From contig NW_026934303.1 of assembly GCF_032062105.1 (NCBI RefSeq), positions 496,001 to 560,000 on the forward strand: a stretch of DNA of 64,000 bases, read 5' to 3'. Position numbers and translations under genes: made by a program. This document shows, in pieces, positions 1-12,345 of this stretch (its first letter is position 1; each line of letters begins with the position of its first letter). Below the pieces are notes generated by a model. That model saw nothing but the letters and a program-made list of their open reading frames with translations, made no database searches and was not told the DNA's origin. The DNA is from Saccostrea cucullata. Its lineage: Eukaryota.

Positions 1-187
1 TACACAAGATGTACATGCATGACGAATGCATATTTTAATTTTTTCCACAATTATTTCCTTATTAAATGATCAGCAAATAATTGCTATCATATTTTTGTAA
101 CTGTATCTGTAAATACTCCTGTGAACTGTACAGGTAAATCATGACATCATGCTTCTTAAAAAACTGAGTGAAGAATGTTCCTTTTAC

Positions 188-498
188 CTTTGTGTTCTAT
201 TGTTCTCATACACTGTCCACTAAATATATCCCAGATTTTGACTTTGTTGTCATTTGAACCCGATATCAGCTGACATCCATCCATTGTTATACACAGACAA
301 CCCACTTGTTTTCTACCAGAAAAACAATATACAGTTACAACTGAAATTGTAATGAAACAATTTTAGAATCATAAGGGATTAAAATACATGTACTAAAAAA
401 AAACAAAAAAAAAAAACAAACAACAAGAGTAGATGAGCTGAGTGATGATTAATAGCTTTTATTCTACGGGACATTTAAATACTGAAATTTTCTTGTAT

Positions 499-529
<31 letters not shown>

Positions 530-3500
530 CTACTGATTCTGTTGGTAAAGATTATTATTCTTTTTTTTCTTCTGCTTCCTAGACCACAACTTTGAGGCCT
601 CATATCTCACTCATTACTCAACGGATTTCGCTCAAATTTTCAGAGGTTATAGACGTTTATAAACTCTATCTGAATGCTGACTAAAATTTCAAAAAGTCAC
701 TTCCGGTTTTGAGTTATTGCCCTTTAAACGAAAATTTATAGGCTTTCGTTTCCAGACAAAGGCTCCGAGACGGCTAAAGCTGGAGCAGAAATTCTACTGA
801 TTTTAGATAATAGAAGGATTGAAGTTGTGCACATCGGTTTTTGTTTTTCGATTTCTCTATTCAAAATGGCGCAATATAGGGGTCAAAAATTAGAACGCTT
901 AAAAGAACTAAAAATTACTCATATTTTGCTTTTATCTTCTAAACTAAAAATATTTTGTTAAAGTATATAGAACATAATTTGTGCAGAATTAGAAGATCTT
1001 TCAAATAATATCTCTGAAAAAGGGCTGACCCCTAAATTAAGGGGTCTAGAGGGGCCAAAAGTTTTTTCAAAACATCTCAAAAAGTATTGAGAATTTGTTA
1101 TACATCAAAGAAGCAAAGTTGTTGAAAACTTTATGCTTAATCTAATGGAGTCATCAAAATAATCGTCACTTCCGGCCAAACCGGAATTAGTCGGAAAAAT
1201 TTGTGCCAAAAATATGTCTTGATAAAAATTAATTTTCTTTTCGTCGCATTTCAAACCGGAATATAAAAAACAATTTTGCAATAATTAACATAGCTTTAGA
1301 GGATTCAAAGCATTTTTGAGCATTATTTCTCTTTTTTTTTTCTTTTTTTTTTTAAAATCAAAGCTACTTCTGGTCAAACAGGACGGAAGACCTTCTCGTT
1401 GCTTTGCAACGAGCTTTGCTCTAGTTTAGAGTTACTTTTCTTTTTGTCTTTTATTTGATAGAGGCTACTTACTCATGACCATCAAATCTCTGACAAGTGC
1501 TGTCTTCTCTGTTTTCAGTTATGTGTCTCTCTCTTCTCACTGGCTGTAAGCAATTTTTGTTGTTGTCATTATTTAAAAAAAACTAGAGGTACTGTGAGCA
1601 ATGAGCTCACTAAATGATACCCCCCGCCTCCCATAATGTCGATGTGTTGCTTCATATTGTTTTACGGTAATGTGTAAAGAGGAATAACTCGTTCTATCAA
1701 ATATTATCCAGAAGCTTCTGTTATGTGATGTCATAGGTAAACAAAAAATAGCAATGTCCATATTTTGCTCTGGGAAACCTAAAATACGTGTTGAATAAAA
1801 ACGTAAAATAGGAGGTGCACAATGGCAATATGTAATAAAGATTCTGTGAAAGTTTCATTAAATTTCACTCAGTAGTATAAGAGGAGTTGCGGATAAGAGA
1901 AAAAGCGTAACAGACGGACGGACGTACAGACGGACGGACAGACAGACAGACGGACGGACGGAAATCCCGATCACTATATACCCTCCCGCTTTTCAAGCGG
2001 GGGGTATAAAAATGATTGCATTGTAAATTGTACCATCAGCTACAAGGGATCATGATGTATACAGGTATTAGGCAACATCTTTATCATATAATGTGAAATA
2101 AATATACATGTACATTAAGTGCTGCTGCTGATGAAATACACACAACTTACCTTTTCAAATAAATTAACAGCATATATGGCACCAGTGCTGCCCCCTGCAA
2201 ATAACCTGAACTCTGCTGCATCCATTGTGACAGAACAAATGCCCACCTCAAACACAAACGTACAGAGAACCTCCCCACTGTTAACGTCATAGAGTCTACA
2301 AGTCTGGTCAAGGGAGGAGGAGACAACTCTAGCGAGGTGACCCCCGACCCCCACATGTAGATCCGTGACAGGGAGGGAGTGACTGGACCACACCTGGTCA
2401 GGTGATACAGGAGCTCTGCTCTCTGATTGGTCACAAAGGGCTCTGAAAGAGGGATTCAGTTTCAACAGAAAAAATAAATTCAATTAATTAAAATTTATTG
2501 TGAATGAGCATGCAGTCACTATAAAATTTATTGTTATACCCTTATAAATATCCTTCTATATATTTATTACTAATAAAAAGTCCTACAAAAGAAATGTTTA
2601 TTACATCGGTCTAACAATTTCACTATTGACCGGTCTTACATAAGAATTGTTAGACCGCAATGTCACTCGTCTGTTACGTCAAAATTAATAATCATCGTTC
2701 AATATCGGCGACGCAAAAATAGCCGAAGTTAAGAGCTATATTAAGAGTTGCTGCTTACAGCAAGGTAAGGTAGAAGGGAAGAGTATGTTTTGTGAATAAT
2801 TTTTGTGATATAATAGATTTATAATTGATTTTGTTCTTTCTCAGCTTGATGTTTACTGAAGAAACCATAATTTTCCATATAAAATAATTGATAGTATAGC
2901 GTGTATTGATAAAATTGACCAATCTTAAGTGAGCAGTGAAGGGTATAACAAAACAGTTATAGACTGGAATTCGGGCAACATATGATTTGTTGGACCTGAA
3001 GATGAAAATGTTGCCCTTGGCCTGCGGCCTCGGGCAACATTTTCACCTTCAGGTCCAACAAATCATATGTTGCCCTCATACCCAGTCAATAACTGTATAA
3101 TATATCATAGATGTATGTTTTAATATATTACATTGTATTTTATTATATGATTAAATAATTTCCATCTCTCTGATTGGCTGAGATCCAACTATGTTAGAAA
3201 AATACTACGTTGTATTGACCTGCACGTGACGTTCCCGGTGAATACAAGGATTTATTTCCTCTACACTGATCTAAAAATAGATCTGGAAATTCCAAATTGA
3301 TACAGATTGCTTTGGGAAGCTATTTAAATGACTATGACTTTTTTTTCATGTGAACAAAGCATAAGCAAATTTATATTTTCGGATGAGGGTGGTAAGTGGG
3401 GATGCAGGGACCCCCCTCCAACACTTTTAATGAACAATTTTTTTTCTACTTTTTGGCAGTCAGTTTTCCCTGATAATACTCCTTCCTTTCAAAATCAATC

Positions 3501-6500
3501 CTATAAAAAAGACTGACATTATGTATTTTTTCATGGCAACTAAAATTGATAAAAAAACATTTCAAATTGATAAGACTAGTAAGGTTTACCGGTATTTACA
3601 TTTTAATTCTGCTTCTCTCTTGTATTTGGCTAGGACTTCATTAAATGCAAACAAGTAATGAGCTGCATCATTTTATCAATGAATCATAAAATAAAACAAT
3701 TATTGCTGTTTTTTCGGTCAATACAATGATTTAGCCATCTTCGAAATACAATATTCACTTCGCCCTTCGGGCTCAGTGAATATTGTACTCCTCAGATGGC
3801 TAAATCATTGTATTGACCTCAAAAAACAGCAATAATTGTATAATACTTAACACAGATAACCTCTATCTTTAAACTGTCATTATACTTGTATTAAAAGCTT
3901 AAATTCTATACTTAAGTCTTAATTTATTTTCAAGAGATAAGCTCAATAAATATGTTGGAATTTTGTACATACTTTGTTATATTTTCATAATAAAATAGTT
4001 TATTGATATCGTTATGACGCTGTTTTGAGTCTACATGTGTTACATAAATAAACTTACTTTCCTAGTGACCACACAATGACAAGACTGTCTTCTCCTCCAG
4101 ACACAATTAATCCAGAGGAACACTTTAAGCAGGTAATGGTCTGATAATGGCGGCTCAATACACTAAGTAGCCGCCCGGTACAGGTCTGGTAAAAAAAAAA
4201 AAAAATACAGGGGGAAATTAATTTTCAGAATTCTGACAAATATTTATACCATGTTTAAATGTTTGTAAATATGTGTGTAAATGATATACAATAAACAATC
4301 AAATTTTGAGAATTGTTTCACAATAATATAAAACTTTTCTGCTGCTCATAAAAGTCACTACACAGGCAAACACATACACCTATGAAAAGTATTCAGTTTA
4401 CTCATTTAATGTCAGTGAAGGTTTGTGAATTCATTAACCACTTATTACCTGCCAAATGTAGATTTTCTCTGCTATAGCAGCAACACAGTATGCCCCATCC
4501 TCTGTAACAGTGACGGCTGACACAATTCCAGGACAAACCATCTTAGTACATGTGTTGTCCTGATGAAAGGGAAATGATTATTCTCTTGTTTTAGTTTGAA
4601 AACCAACAGCAAAAAATTTTTTATTGGTATTTGCAGTAAGTTCATAGTCAAAAAAGTAAATGTAAATATATTAAAACAAGAAAAGAGAAAATGTATAGTT
4701 TGAGCAGGAACTGAACCCAGTATCCCTGCATCACTAGTCAGCTGCTCTAACAACTGGACTATCCAGGCTTATCCATTTCCTAAACCATAAGAGCATAATT
4801 TTATAGCATACATGTGTAATGGATATCGGCCTGAGTAGGCTACTAGCTCAGTCAGTAGAGCACCTTACTAGTGATACAGGCATCCAAGTTCAAATACTGG
4901 TCCAGCCATACATTTATTTTCTCCTTTCCTGTTACAGGTTTGATGTCATTGACAACTCCTAACTTGCAAGTGAAAGTACTGCCAGGGGCTAATAAGAACT
5001 TTGGTTGTTTCTCCGAGGGTGAAGACAATTTAAGGAGGGAATGGAATATAATGGTTTGGGTTGTGGATATATATCAGCCTGGATAGCTTAATCACTAGAG
5101 CACCTGATTAGTGATGCAGGCATCTCAGGTTCCATTCCTGATCCAGCCATACATTTTCTCCTTTCCTGTTACACATATATTTACAGCTACATGTAATGTA
5201 AAAAAACCAGAAGTCTCTGTTGAGACTGTAGCTCTACTGGTTTGTACTTATAACAAAGGATGAGAAAAGAAGCCATTGCCATCAGACCAAAACTGTAGAG
5301 GAAGTATCATGTTAAAGGAATTTCACAGACATTTCTATTTTTAGTAACAATGGTAACACTGTACATCGAAATCAAAAACCGATGCACTATTTTATGTATC
5401 TTAGTGTAGTCTACTTGTGTGCCAAGTTATATTGAAATCAGACCAAAACTGTAGAAGGAGTAGCGTTTTGAAGGAATTTCACAGAAAATTCTATTTTTGG
5501 TAACAATGGCAACACCGTTCATTGAAATCAAAATCTAATGCACTATTTTATGTATCTTAGTGTAGTCTACTTGTGTGCTAAGTAATATTGAAATCAGACC
5601 AAAACTGTAGAGGGAGTAGCGTTTTAAAGGTATTTCACAGAAAATTCTTTTTTTAGTAACCATGGCAACACCGTTCATCGAAATCAAAATCTAATGCACT
5701 ATTTTATGTATCTTAGTGTAGTCTACTTGTGTGCCAAGTTATATTGAAATCAGACCAAAACTGTAGAGGGAGTAGCGTTTTAAAGGTATTTCACAGAAAA
5801 TTCTTTTTTTAGTAACCATGGCAACACAGTTCATCGAAATCAAAATCCGATGCACTGTTTTATGTATCTTAGTGTAGTCTACTTGTGTGCCAAGTAATAT
5901 TGAAATCAGACCAAAACTGTAGAGGGAGTAGTGTTTTAAAGGTATTTCACAGAAAATTCTATTTTTAGTAACCATGGCAACACAGTTCATCGAAATCAAA
6001 ATCCGATGCAGTATTTTATGTATCTTAGTGTAGTCTACTTGTGTGCCAAATTATATTAAAATCAGACCAAAACTGTAGGAGGAGTAGCGTTTCGAAAAAT
6101 TGTTTACAGACAGACGGACAGACCGACATACAGACAGACAGATGGACGGACGACGGACACCTTACTATCGCATAAGCTCTTCTGGTCTCTGACCAGTAGA
6201 GCTAAAAAAAACAAAAAACAGAGGTTGACAGTTGAGTTGGCAGTAAGTCAATCCTTCCTCTTTCACCTTTTCAACTACAATTACAGTGCCGTTAATCATT
6301 CCAGTCTTTTTGAGAGAGGCTGAAAAAAAATGAACATAAAAGTCAATTAACTGTCTGATATACCCTTTTATGTAGTGGCCATAACGTTAACACAGGTTTT
6401 GTGGGAGATGCACTAATGAGATATTGTTGTCCTAATACAGCCAAGCCGTGGGGGGCACTTGTCCCTCCTTTATATGTGACAACACTGGTCCCTGACTCGA

Positions 6501-7070
6501 CATCCCAGACACACACGTTCCACAGCTGTCCTGTTGTTTCACTTGTCAATAAAACCTAGATTTAAAAAAGGAGATGAAATTTTAAAAAAGGAGATGGGAG
6601 TCTTTTTAATTTTTTCATTAAATTAAGCAAACATGAACCAAAGTTTGCTTTTAATTTTATTGTATGTAATAAAAATGTTTCACACAAGGGCACATTACTT
6701 TAATTTCAATATTTTTTTATAATTAAAAAGCTGAACCATAATAAACTGATTAAGTTACAAAAACAGAGTGTAGATTTGTTATTTCTACTTCTACCAATCT
6801 GCAACCAATCATTGATGATTCCGTTGCGCGTATACGACAATCAATATTCTCTTTAGAAAAGTGGACAGGCTTTCGCCTACATCCACGAAAGATGGATGTC
6901 GGCGAGAGTCTGTCCACTTCTCTAAAGAGAATAATACGACAACGATTACGTCAAGCAAACGGATTTCACAGAAGTAAAATGAGAGATTTATTGTATATTC
7001 TTTGATATGACATAAAAATGAAACGTCTGATCATTGAACAACACCACATACGTACCTCGATGGATGTCAT
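188..7070 (-). CDS. WDR18: WD repeat-containing protein 18 (Ipi3 homologue, PELP1-TEX10-WDR18 complex); 5' part, gene continues beyond the left edge
   Basis: Seven phase-consistent GT-AG exons read by hand: 7070-7056 (MTSIE), 6555-6364, 4559-4449, 4185-4058, 2442-2151, 1543-1473, 312-188. The spliced protein (VLLTSETTGQLWNVCVWD..TYKGG..KMVCPG..LSRHYQTITCL..VWSSHSLPVTDLHVGVGGHLARVVSSSLDQT..ISGSNDNKVKIWD) is collinear with vertebrate WDR18 as recalled. Confidence 0.93.
499..1426 (-). mobile_element. Non-autonomous Helentron-associated element (HINE-like)
   Basis: Terminal palindrome AAGGTCTTCCGTTTCCAACGGAAGACCTT at one end; subterminal GGAAGACCTT, hairpin CTCGTTGC..GCAACGAG and CTAGTT at the other; T-rich insertion site; in a WDR18 intron. 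Confidence 0.6.
1580..2012 (+). mobile_element. HINE-type element with (GACG/GACA)n microsatellite
   Basis: Starts AACTAGAGGTACTGTGAGCAATGAGCTCAC, has a GACG/GACA tract at 1911-1961 and the 3' hairpin CCCGCTTTTCAAGCGGG. Same family at 20443-20881 and 31555-33100. Confidence 0.7.
2530..3100. mobile_element. Non-autonomous element with long terminal hairpin (Crypton-like/foldback)
   Basis: Near-perfect palindrome of about 143 bp at 2955-3097 centred on GGCCTGCGGCC; TTGTTATACCCTT (2531) is inverted to AGGGTATAACAA (2940). Confidence 0.5.
3140..3845. mobile_element. Non-autonomous element with long terminal hairpin
   Basis: Palindrome of about 140 bp at 3697-3839 centred on GCCCTTCGGGC; CTGATTGGCTG motif near the other end. 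Confidence 0.5.
4815..5173 (+). mobile_element. Degenerate TRIM with tRNA-like LTRs (Helenus-like); an inverted solo LTR lies at about 4672-4790
   Basis: LTR1 4815-4936 (TGTAA..TTACA) and LTR2 5047-5173 both contain A-box-like TAGCTCAGT..AGAGC and B-box-like GTTCAAAT/GGTTCCATT. A PBS-like TGATGTCATTGAC follows LTR1 and the PPT AAGGAGGGAATGGAA precedes LTR2. Confidence 0.6.
5204..6207 (+). mobile_element. HINE-type element carrying a 156-bp tandem array
   Basis: TCAGACCAAAACTGTAG recurs at 5282, 5438, 5594, 5750, 5906 and 6062 (156-bp period), followed by (GACA/GACG)n and the 3' hairpin AGCTCTTCTGGTC..GACCAGTAGAGCT plus A-run. Confidence 0.75.
6845..6932. mobile_element. Palindromic MITE in WDR18 intron 1
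   Basis: TATTCTCTTTAGAAAAGTGGACAG..CTGTCCACTTCTCTAAAGAGAATA foldback of about 88 bp. Confidence 0.55.
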
Positions 7071-7076
7071 GTTACA

Positions 7077-7082
7077 CACGTG
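7077..7082. promoter_or_regulatory. E-box CACGTG in the WDR18 5' leader
   Basis: CACGTG lies 7 nt upstream of the ATG; Myc E-boxes at this position are typical of ribosome-biogenesis genes. Confidence 0.4.
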
Positions 7083-7505
7083 CTGCTGTTTAACTGTGTT
7101 CAACTCTAAAGGAGTGAAAGTCGGTTTTCCTTTCACTTTGTTGAAGTTTCAACTAATCACAGGAAAAAATGCAAAAAAGGGATTATTTTGATTGAATGAG
7201 ATATTCAAGGTATATTTACTAATGTCTTCAATAACAATAAGTAGTTAAAGATTTGAAAGATCTATTTTTCTTTTCTTCTCATGATTCTACAAATTTGAAT
7301 AGAATCAAATAGTAAACTGTTAAAATCTATGGCGAAACTGCGGGGTATAAAACATCTTATGTTCTTTTTAAAATCACAACAGAATAACGAAATGAGTGAA
7401 ATTTTTATTGGATGTATTTAAAAACTTTATTCGAAAGTTATTAATTTCAGACACTTCAGAAAATTTCTTTTGTCTTTGACAGAGGTGCTTGGGGACAGAG
7501 ACCCC

Positions 7506-7591
7506 CATCGTCGGATACTCAGGGGTGAGCTCGTCTTTTACTCATCACGTGATGAGTGAAAGACGAGCTCACCCGTGGGCATCCGACGATG
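7506..7591. mobile_element. 86-bp palindromic MITE with 9-bp TSD (Mutator-like/DNA9)
   Basis: CATCGTCGGAT...ATCCGACGATG flanked by AGAGACCCC at 7497-7505 and 7592-7600; absent from the paralogous segment near 12550. Confidence 0.75.
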
Positions 7592-7969
7592 AGAGACCCC
7601 ATGCTCTCTCCTGACTAAGGATAAAACAATGGGATGGTAGATAGATTTTTTTATTTAAAAATGCTTGTGAATATGATGTCATAATACAACATAATGTGAT
7701 GAAAAAACTTCTAAATCAGTAAAATAAAAATGAATTCAGGGGGTTAAAACATAGTTTTAAGTTGGAGTCAGTCGATCGTGAAAGAGAAAAAAAATTAATA
7801 GCGAAACATACTCCTTTCTTATTTAAAAAAAAATACATTTTATGCAACTATTCCTCATGATAAACTAAAAACTAGGTGTTTTTTTTCATGCCACTACCGC
7901 TTTTTCAATAAAAAGAACTAGGAAAATTTTGCATCAATCTTGTGGTTAATACACATTAAAAATTGCTTT

Positions 7970-8235
7970 GTAAAAAAAACACTCTGGTTCTGCACTCTGA
8001 TGTTGATATTATATCTTTACCGACAAAATTTATGTAGTCTTTGGAGACCAAGTTTTCAAACAAACGATTGGAATTCCGATGGGCACTAGTTGTGCTCATT
8101 TATTTGTCAACTTGTTTTTATATTCCTATGAAGCAGAATTTATACAAAAACTTATATACATGAAAAAGAAAAAAACACTTGCTGCGAACTTCAACTCGAC
8201 TGTTAGAATATATTGACGACGTTTTATCAAGTAAT
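7970..8235 (+). mobile_element. Degenerate Penelope-like reverse transcriptase fragment (paralogous copy at 14370-14550)
   Basis: Translates to IYVVFGDQVFKQTIGIPMGTSCAHLFVNLFLYSYEAEFIQKL..YIDDVLS (with frameshift), i.e. RT core motifs. Confidence 0.65.
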
Positions 8236-10115
8236 TTAGAAGTCACTTTCACAGCAGCTACATTCTACCGACGGATAAGTTGAAATGCTTAAAATAAAGA
8301 GAAATGTAGATATAGTCATTCTGCTTTGACAGATGGTTATGTTATGTCCTATTTTTGTACAAGTACTTTCTGAATCAAATCGCTGCCCACTCTTTCTCTT
8401 ATTCCATGAAATTAAGAATAAAAGGAAATAGATTAATAAACGCCTTATATATTTTGACATTTTATTATGAATCATAAAGGGTTGAAAGGATCATCTGTAT
8501 GTAGATCAACACTGAAGAGAAAAACGGAACATAACGACAAACAAATCCGGTGACCATATACATGTACTGAACAAAGGACAATGTTACCGTGTTTTTGTAG
8601 CAGACCTTATATGTACACATGTACTTATAGTTGTCAATTTACTAAATGTTGTTAAGGAGAAGACCATCTTAGATCCCTTGTGTCCGATCCTTCTGACTTT
8701 GTAAGCGTTTTTGACATCAAAAAATGTTTTTGGGGGTCTAAGAATAAAACATATGGAGATAACGAACAGTGTAAGATCAAAAGGGTACAAAACAACACAA
8801 AATAGGAGCAGAGCAAACACGGACCTCCAGAACGTCAGAGGTGGGATCAGGTGCCGTGGAGGAGTGAGCATCCCCTGCCGACCGGTCACACCTGCCATGT
8901 GCTCTTTGTCATGATCGGGAATAAAGGGAAAATCCGTCGTCAATTCAGTGTATAAATAATGGATTAACAATTTTAAATGATTTTTTGTGTGAAAGTATTT
9001 AACAGAAAGTTAAAGTAATGTGAATTCACCTTGGGTTACAAACTACATATTTTGGTGCACTGTTAACGATACAATATTATCTTCTTTAATAAACACATCA
9101 TTTTAGCATGAACTTATTAAAAGAGGAATAATAAGCTGAATAATACAATAGATTTGTATTACAATTCAGTTTAGATGTGAATTGACTTATTCGAGTAAAG
9201 TTCATTATTTATTTACGTATTTAAATTGTAACTTTATAGCCACTATAGGCAAAACCCAGAGAAAAGTGTTGACTTTGCAAAATGTTTAAGGTCTTTCTAG
9301 CACTTTAATTTTGTTAGTTTCTGATCCACATAAATTCTATTCTCGAACTTTTGTTTCTGAGATTTTTGAAAATGATACTATAAAAAATGATGAATAGTTT
9401 TATAGGTTTTCGTAATTTTCATAAACGTTCCACAATGAGGCTGTCTTCAGCATTTGTAGTGGACTTCTGTGGTTTGAAATCACAGCTCCGTAACATATTG
9501 ACTTCAAAGGTCTCGGTTCGGACCATCAGAGTATGGCCATAGCAATGTCACAGTCTGCTTTATCTAAAAATTTTATAGCAAATCCTAATGGAAGAGTCAC
9601 AGTGCTTAATTAAGCATCGTAATGAATGTTTTGTAGCTAGAAAACCATCTCCGATAGGTTGGTAGATTTGATGGTGGTAGTGTAACGGTATGGTATACAA
9701 GCAGCGAAGCTGGACTGAATTGGTTCATACTAAGAGAAAGTGATGGCACAACGGTACTCTGATGATTTCCTTCGTGCCTCTCTCTCCAAAAATACAACCT
9801 CCTGGAGTCGTACTTTAGACTGACAACACATGCAATGTACTAGTAGTCAAATACATACAATGTATAGTCAAATAAACCAAACAGCAATCTTGCCTTGTTC
9901 ATCTAAATAATAAGATTAAAACCCTTTTAGTATGCATCGGACAAAAAGGACAGGCATATCCATCAAATAGAACTGCATCTCAAGACTCTGCAACAGATGA
10001 CCCCAAACTGTACATTAAGAGAGGGATAAGATTTTTATATAGTTTTAACACACTCGTCTGGGTCTAGAGAAAAACCCATTTAGAACATAGAGTTTTTCAA
10101 GTAGAAAATAATCGG

Positions 10116-11282
10116 TCACTTTTTACTCAAATCCAAAGTAATCATGTCGTCTGTCGAGAGTGTTTTACCAGACGACAAAGTGTTATCGAAACTCTTTTTG
10201 CGCAAATGAGATGATGGCGTGACATCTTGTTCACCACTGTTTGTTGCGAAAGCCAGTTTTCCGAAAATGCCCTTAAATCGCAGCTGGAGAGCTTTGAAAT
10301 TTTCTTTTCTCAGAAGAATGTATATCCAGGGATCGATGATGGAATTGGTGATGCCAAATCTTACTACGGTTAATTCTCTAGACCCATTGCCACTGATCCA
10401 CAAGGCCGCATGCCCAAGAATGGTAAACTTAAATGAAAGAAAACATGCAATTTTTATTTACTAATTCAAAGAAGATAAAAAAATCTGCAACTAATAGCAA
10501 ATAAAATGTAGATTTTTAAAATTTAAAATAAAATAAAATAAAATAATAATAATCACCATCAGTGGGGTCCAACAAATCGTAAAAAGGGTAACAATTACGA
10601 GCAATAAAATCACGTTGAAGATGTCGGATTTTCTTCGTCTGGTTTTGGAAATTGTGTTGTCCTCTCTAAAATGTCTACAGAGTGACGCAATGACAAGCAC
10701 ATTAAAAGAGATAGTGGTAAATAGGATCAGCAATCCAAATAAGGAGTAAACGTAGGAATTGGCTCGGTCTAGGGTGGTTACTCCAATAAAGTTCAGAAAG
10801 CACCAGGAACCTGGATAGTAGCTAAAACTGGATCCAAGTCCCATTAAATGTAAACTGGAAATGAAGGCTCCAAAAATCCAGATGGAAATCAGCGTGATGT
10901 TTGCTCGATATTTTTTATTTAGTACATTGTATTTGAAAGGATATAAAATAGCCATAAAGCGATCAAAAGACATCGCACAAACAATCATTGCTGAGGAAAT
11001 CAGCATAAAAGTAAAAATAAAAGAGCTGTATTCACACAGAGGCTTTGGAAAATCGTAGGTAAAGTCGGAGGCATATCTGATAAAAACGGTTGGGAGGCCT
11101 AATAGAATTCCCCCGCCATCCGTCAAAGCTAAGCCCGCGACCAGTCTATGAAATGGTCTCCATTTGTGTCTCTTTCTGGCTCTTATCAGAGCGATGAGTG
11201 CAATTAAGTTTCCAAGTACTCCTAGAACACACTGTAAGATTGGTGGAACTATGGATTCCCAGATTCTGGCTGTCTTGGTCAT
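10116..11282 (-). CDS. Prostanoid receptor (prostaglandin E2 receptor EP4-like) GPCR, copy 1, about 345 aa
   Basis: Exons 11282-10557 and 10427-10116, phase-0 intron at the end of TM6. Motifs GVLGNLIAL, LALTD, CAMSFDRF, YYPGSWCF, CWTP, R..TNSIIDPWIYILLR. The paralogous upstream ATG is ACG here (11315-11313). Confidence 0.92.
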
Positions 11283-11649
11283 GTTCAAGGTACCAGTAGT
11301 GGAGACGACATCCGTTATTAGTATATGCTGAAAGTTTTTGCAAGTTGGTTTATTTTACCTTGTTTATATAGCTGCTGGCTAAATAAATATTTCCTGTAAT
11401 GCACGCAATATCCTTTTTGAGGTTTACGGGGATAACTGCTGATCGAATAATTATTTTTACGAAATTTATTGATATAATGAATAATATCTGATTACCGGGT
11501 ACACCTAAAGCTGCCTCTCAGTTAAACCTAAATTAAGAAAGCAGTATAATGCCTACAACTTTAATGAAATATAGAAATATATATATGTACCAATAAAGGA
11601 AATAGAATTTGCTTCTGCAGATAAGCGAAGAAAATATGATGATTAACGG

Positions 11650-12345
11650 TAACCATGCTAAAAATTTCAGAAGTAGGGCAAACACGGACCCCTTAAAGAT
11701 CATAGGTGGGATCAGGTGCTATAACGACGCGTGTATCCTCTGTCGATACCGAAGTGGGCTCCTTATCATGATCGGGTAATCGGTAAAAAAAAACCAAAGA
11801 AACAATTGTGTGAAATTAATGGTCTTAAAATCTGAATGAAAAATGTCAATCAACATTTGAATTAAACCCCAGTATCTTTCATCAAAAATCTATTTTCATT
11901 GACCAGCTCATGATACTAAAGTGAAGTCGATACACAAGAGCGTGCTGCACATGTAAGTATGAACAATTTTTTAAACAAGATAAATTATTGACAAACAAGT
12001 TGATGAAACAAGAATATCAGCAGTCATCATTACGTAAGGTCTATGGTCGACACAATGACCTTGTCAGCGAATACAATTTATCACTGAGTCAAATGCTGAC
12101 TGACTTTTTTCATAATAATTGTAAGTCTATTAATTATACACTGTACTGACGACAGATTTTTCCATTATTTACCGATCATGACAAGGAGCACAAGGGGTGT
12201 GTGACCGGTCAGCAGGGGATGCTCACTTCTCTATGGCACCTGATCCCACCTCTGATGTTTTGGAGGTCGATGTTTGCTCTGCTCCTATTTTGTATTGTTT
12301 TATGGACTTTTGATCTTGAATACTGTTCGTTATCTCCATATGTTT
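11650..12345. mobile_element. Divergent pair of Penelope-like element 3' ends
   Basis: Minus-strand tail at about 11650-11870 and a plus-strand RT-thumb remnant (LLTNKLMKQEYQQ..YGRHNDLVSEYNLSLSQMLTD) plus tail GGGGATGCTCACT..GGCACCTGATCCCACCTCTG ending about 12345. The same tail occurs at 8745-8970, 22540-22960, 23260-23500, 28050-28370, 30800-31410, 33150-34260, 39200-39390, 41930-42550, 44350-45305 and 47200-47400. Confidence 0.65.

Noticed and set aside
4836-4910. tRNA genes (also 38510-38570 and 46130-46170)
   Set aside because: Degenerate, no complete cloverleaf; parts of TRIM LTRs or SINE heads.
5282-6090. CRISPR-like arrays (also 25420-25690 and 49370-50620)
   Set aside because: Eukaryotic tandem repeats without unique spacers; no cas genes.
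7546-7570. Hammerhead-like TGATGAG..GAAA in the palindrome
   Set aside because: Lacks the CUGA core and stem II; explained as a MITE arm with a 9-bp TSD.
8584-8970. Recurrent small ORFs 'GMLTPPxHLIPPL' and 'GGIRCxGGVSIPCRPVT'
   Set aside because: Translations of the Penelope-like tail repeat with variable frames and stops.
9606-9797. Paralogous short ORFs downstream of copies 1 and 2 (also 18257-18490) sharing VYHTVTLPPSNLP
   Set aside because: Starts, stops and lengths differ; consistent with neutral duplicated 3' flank.
10219-11058. Conserved antisense ORFs over receptor copies 1 and 2 (and similar over 3, 4, 6)
   Set aside because: Conservation follows from recent duplication of the sense gene.
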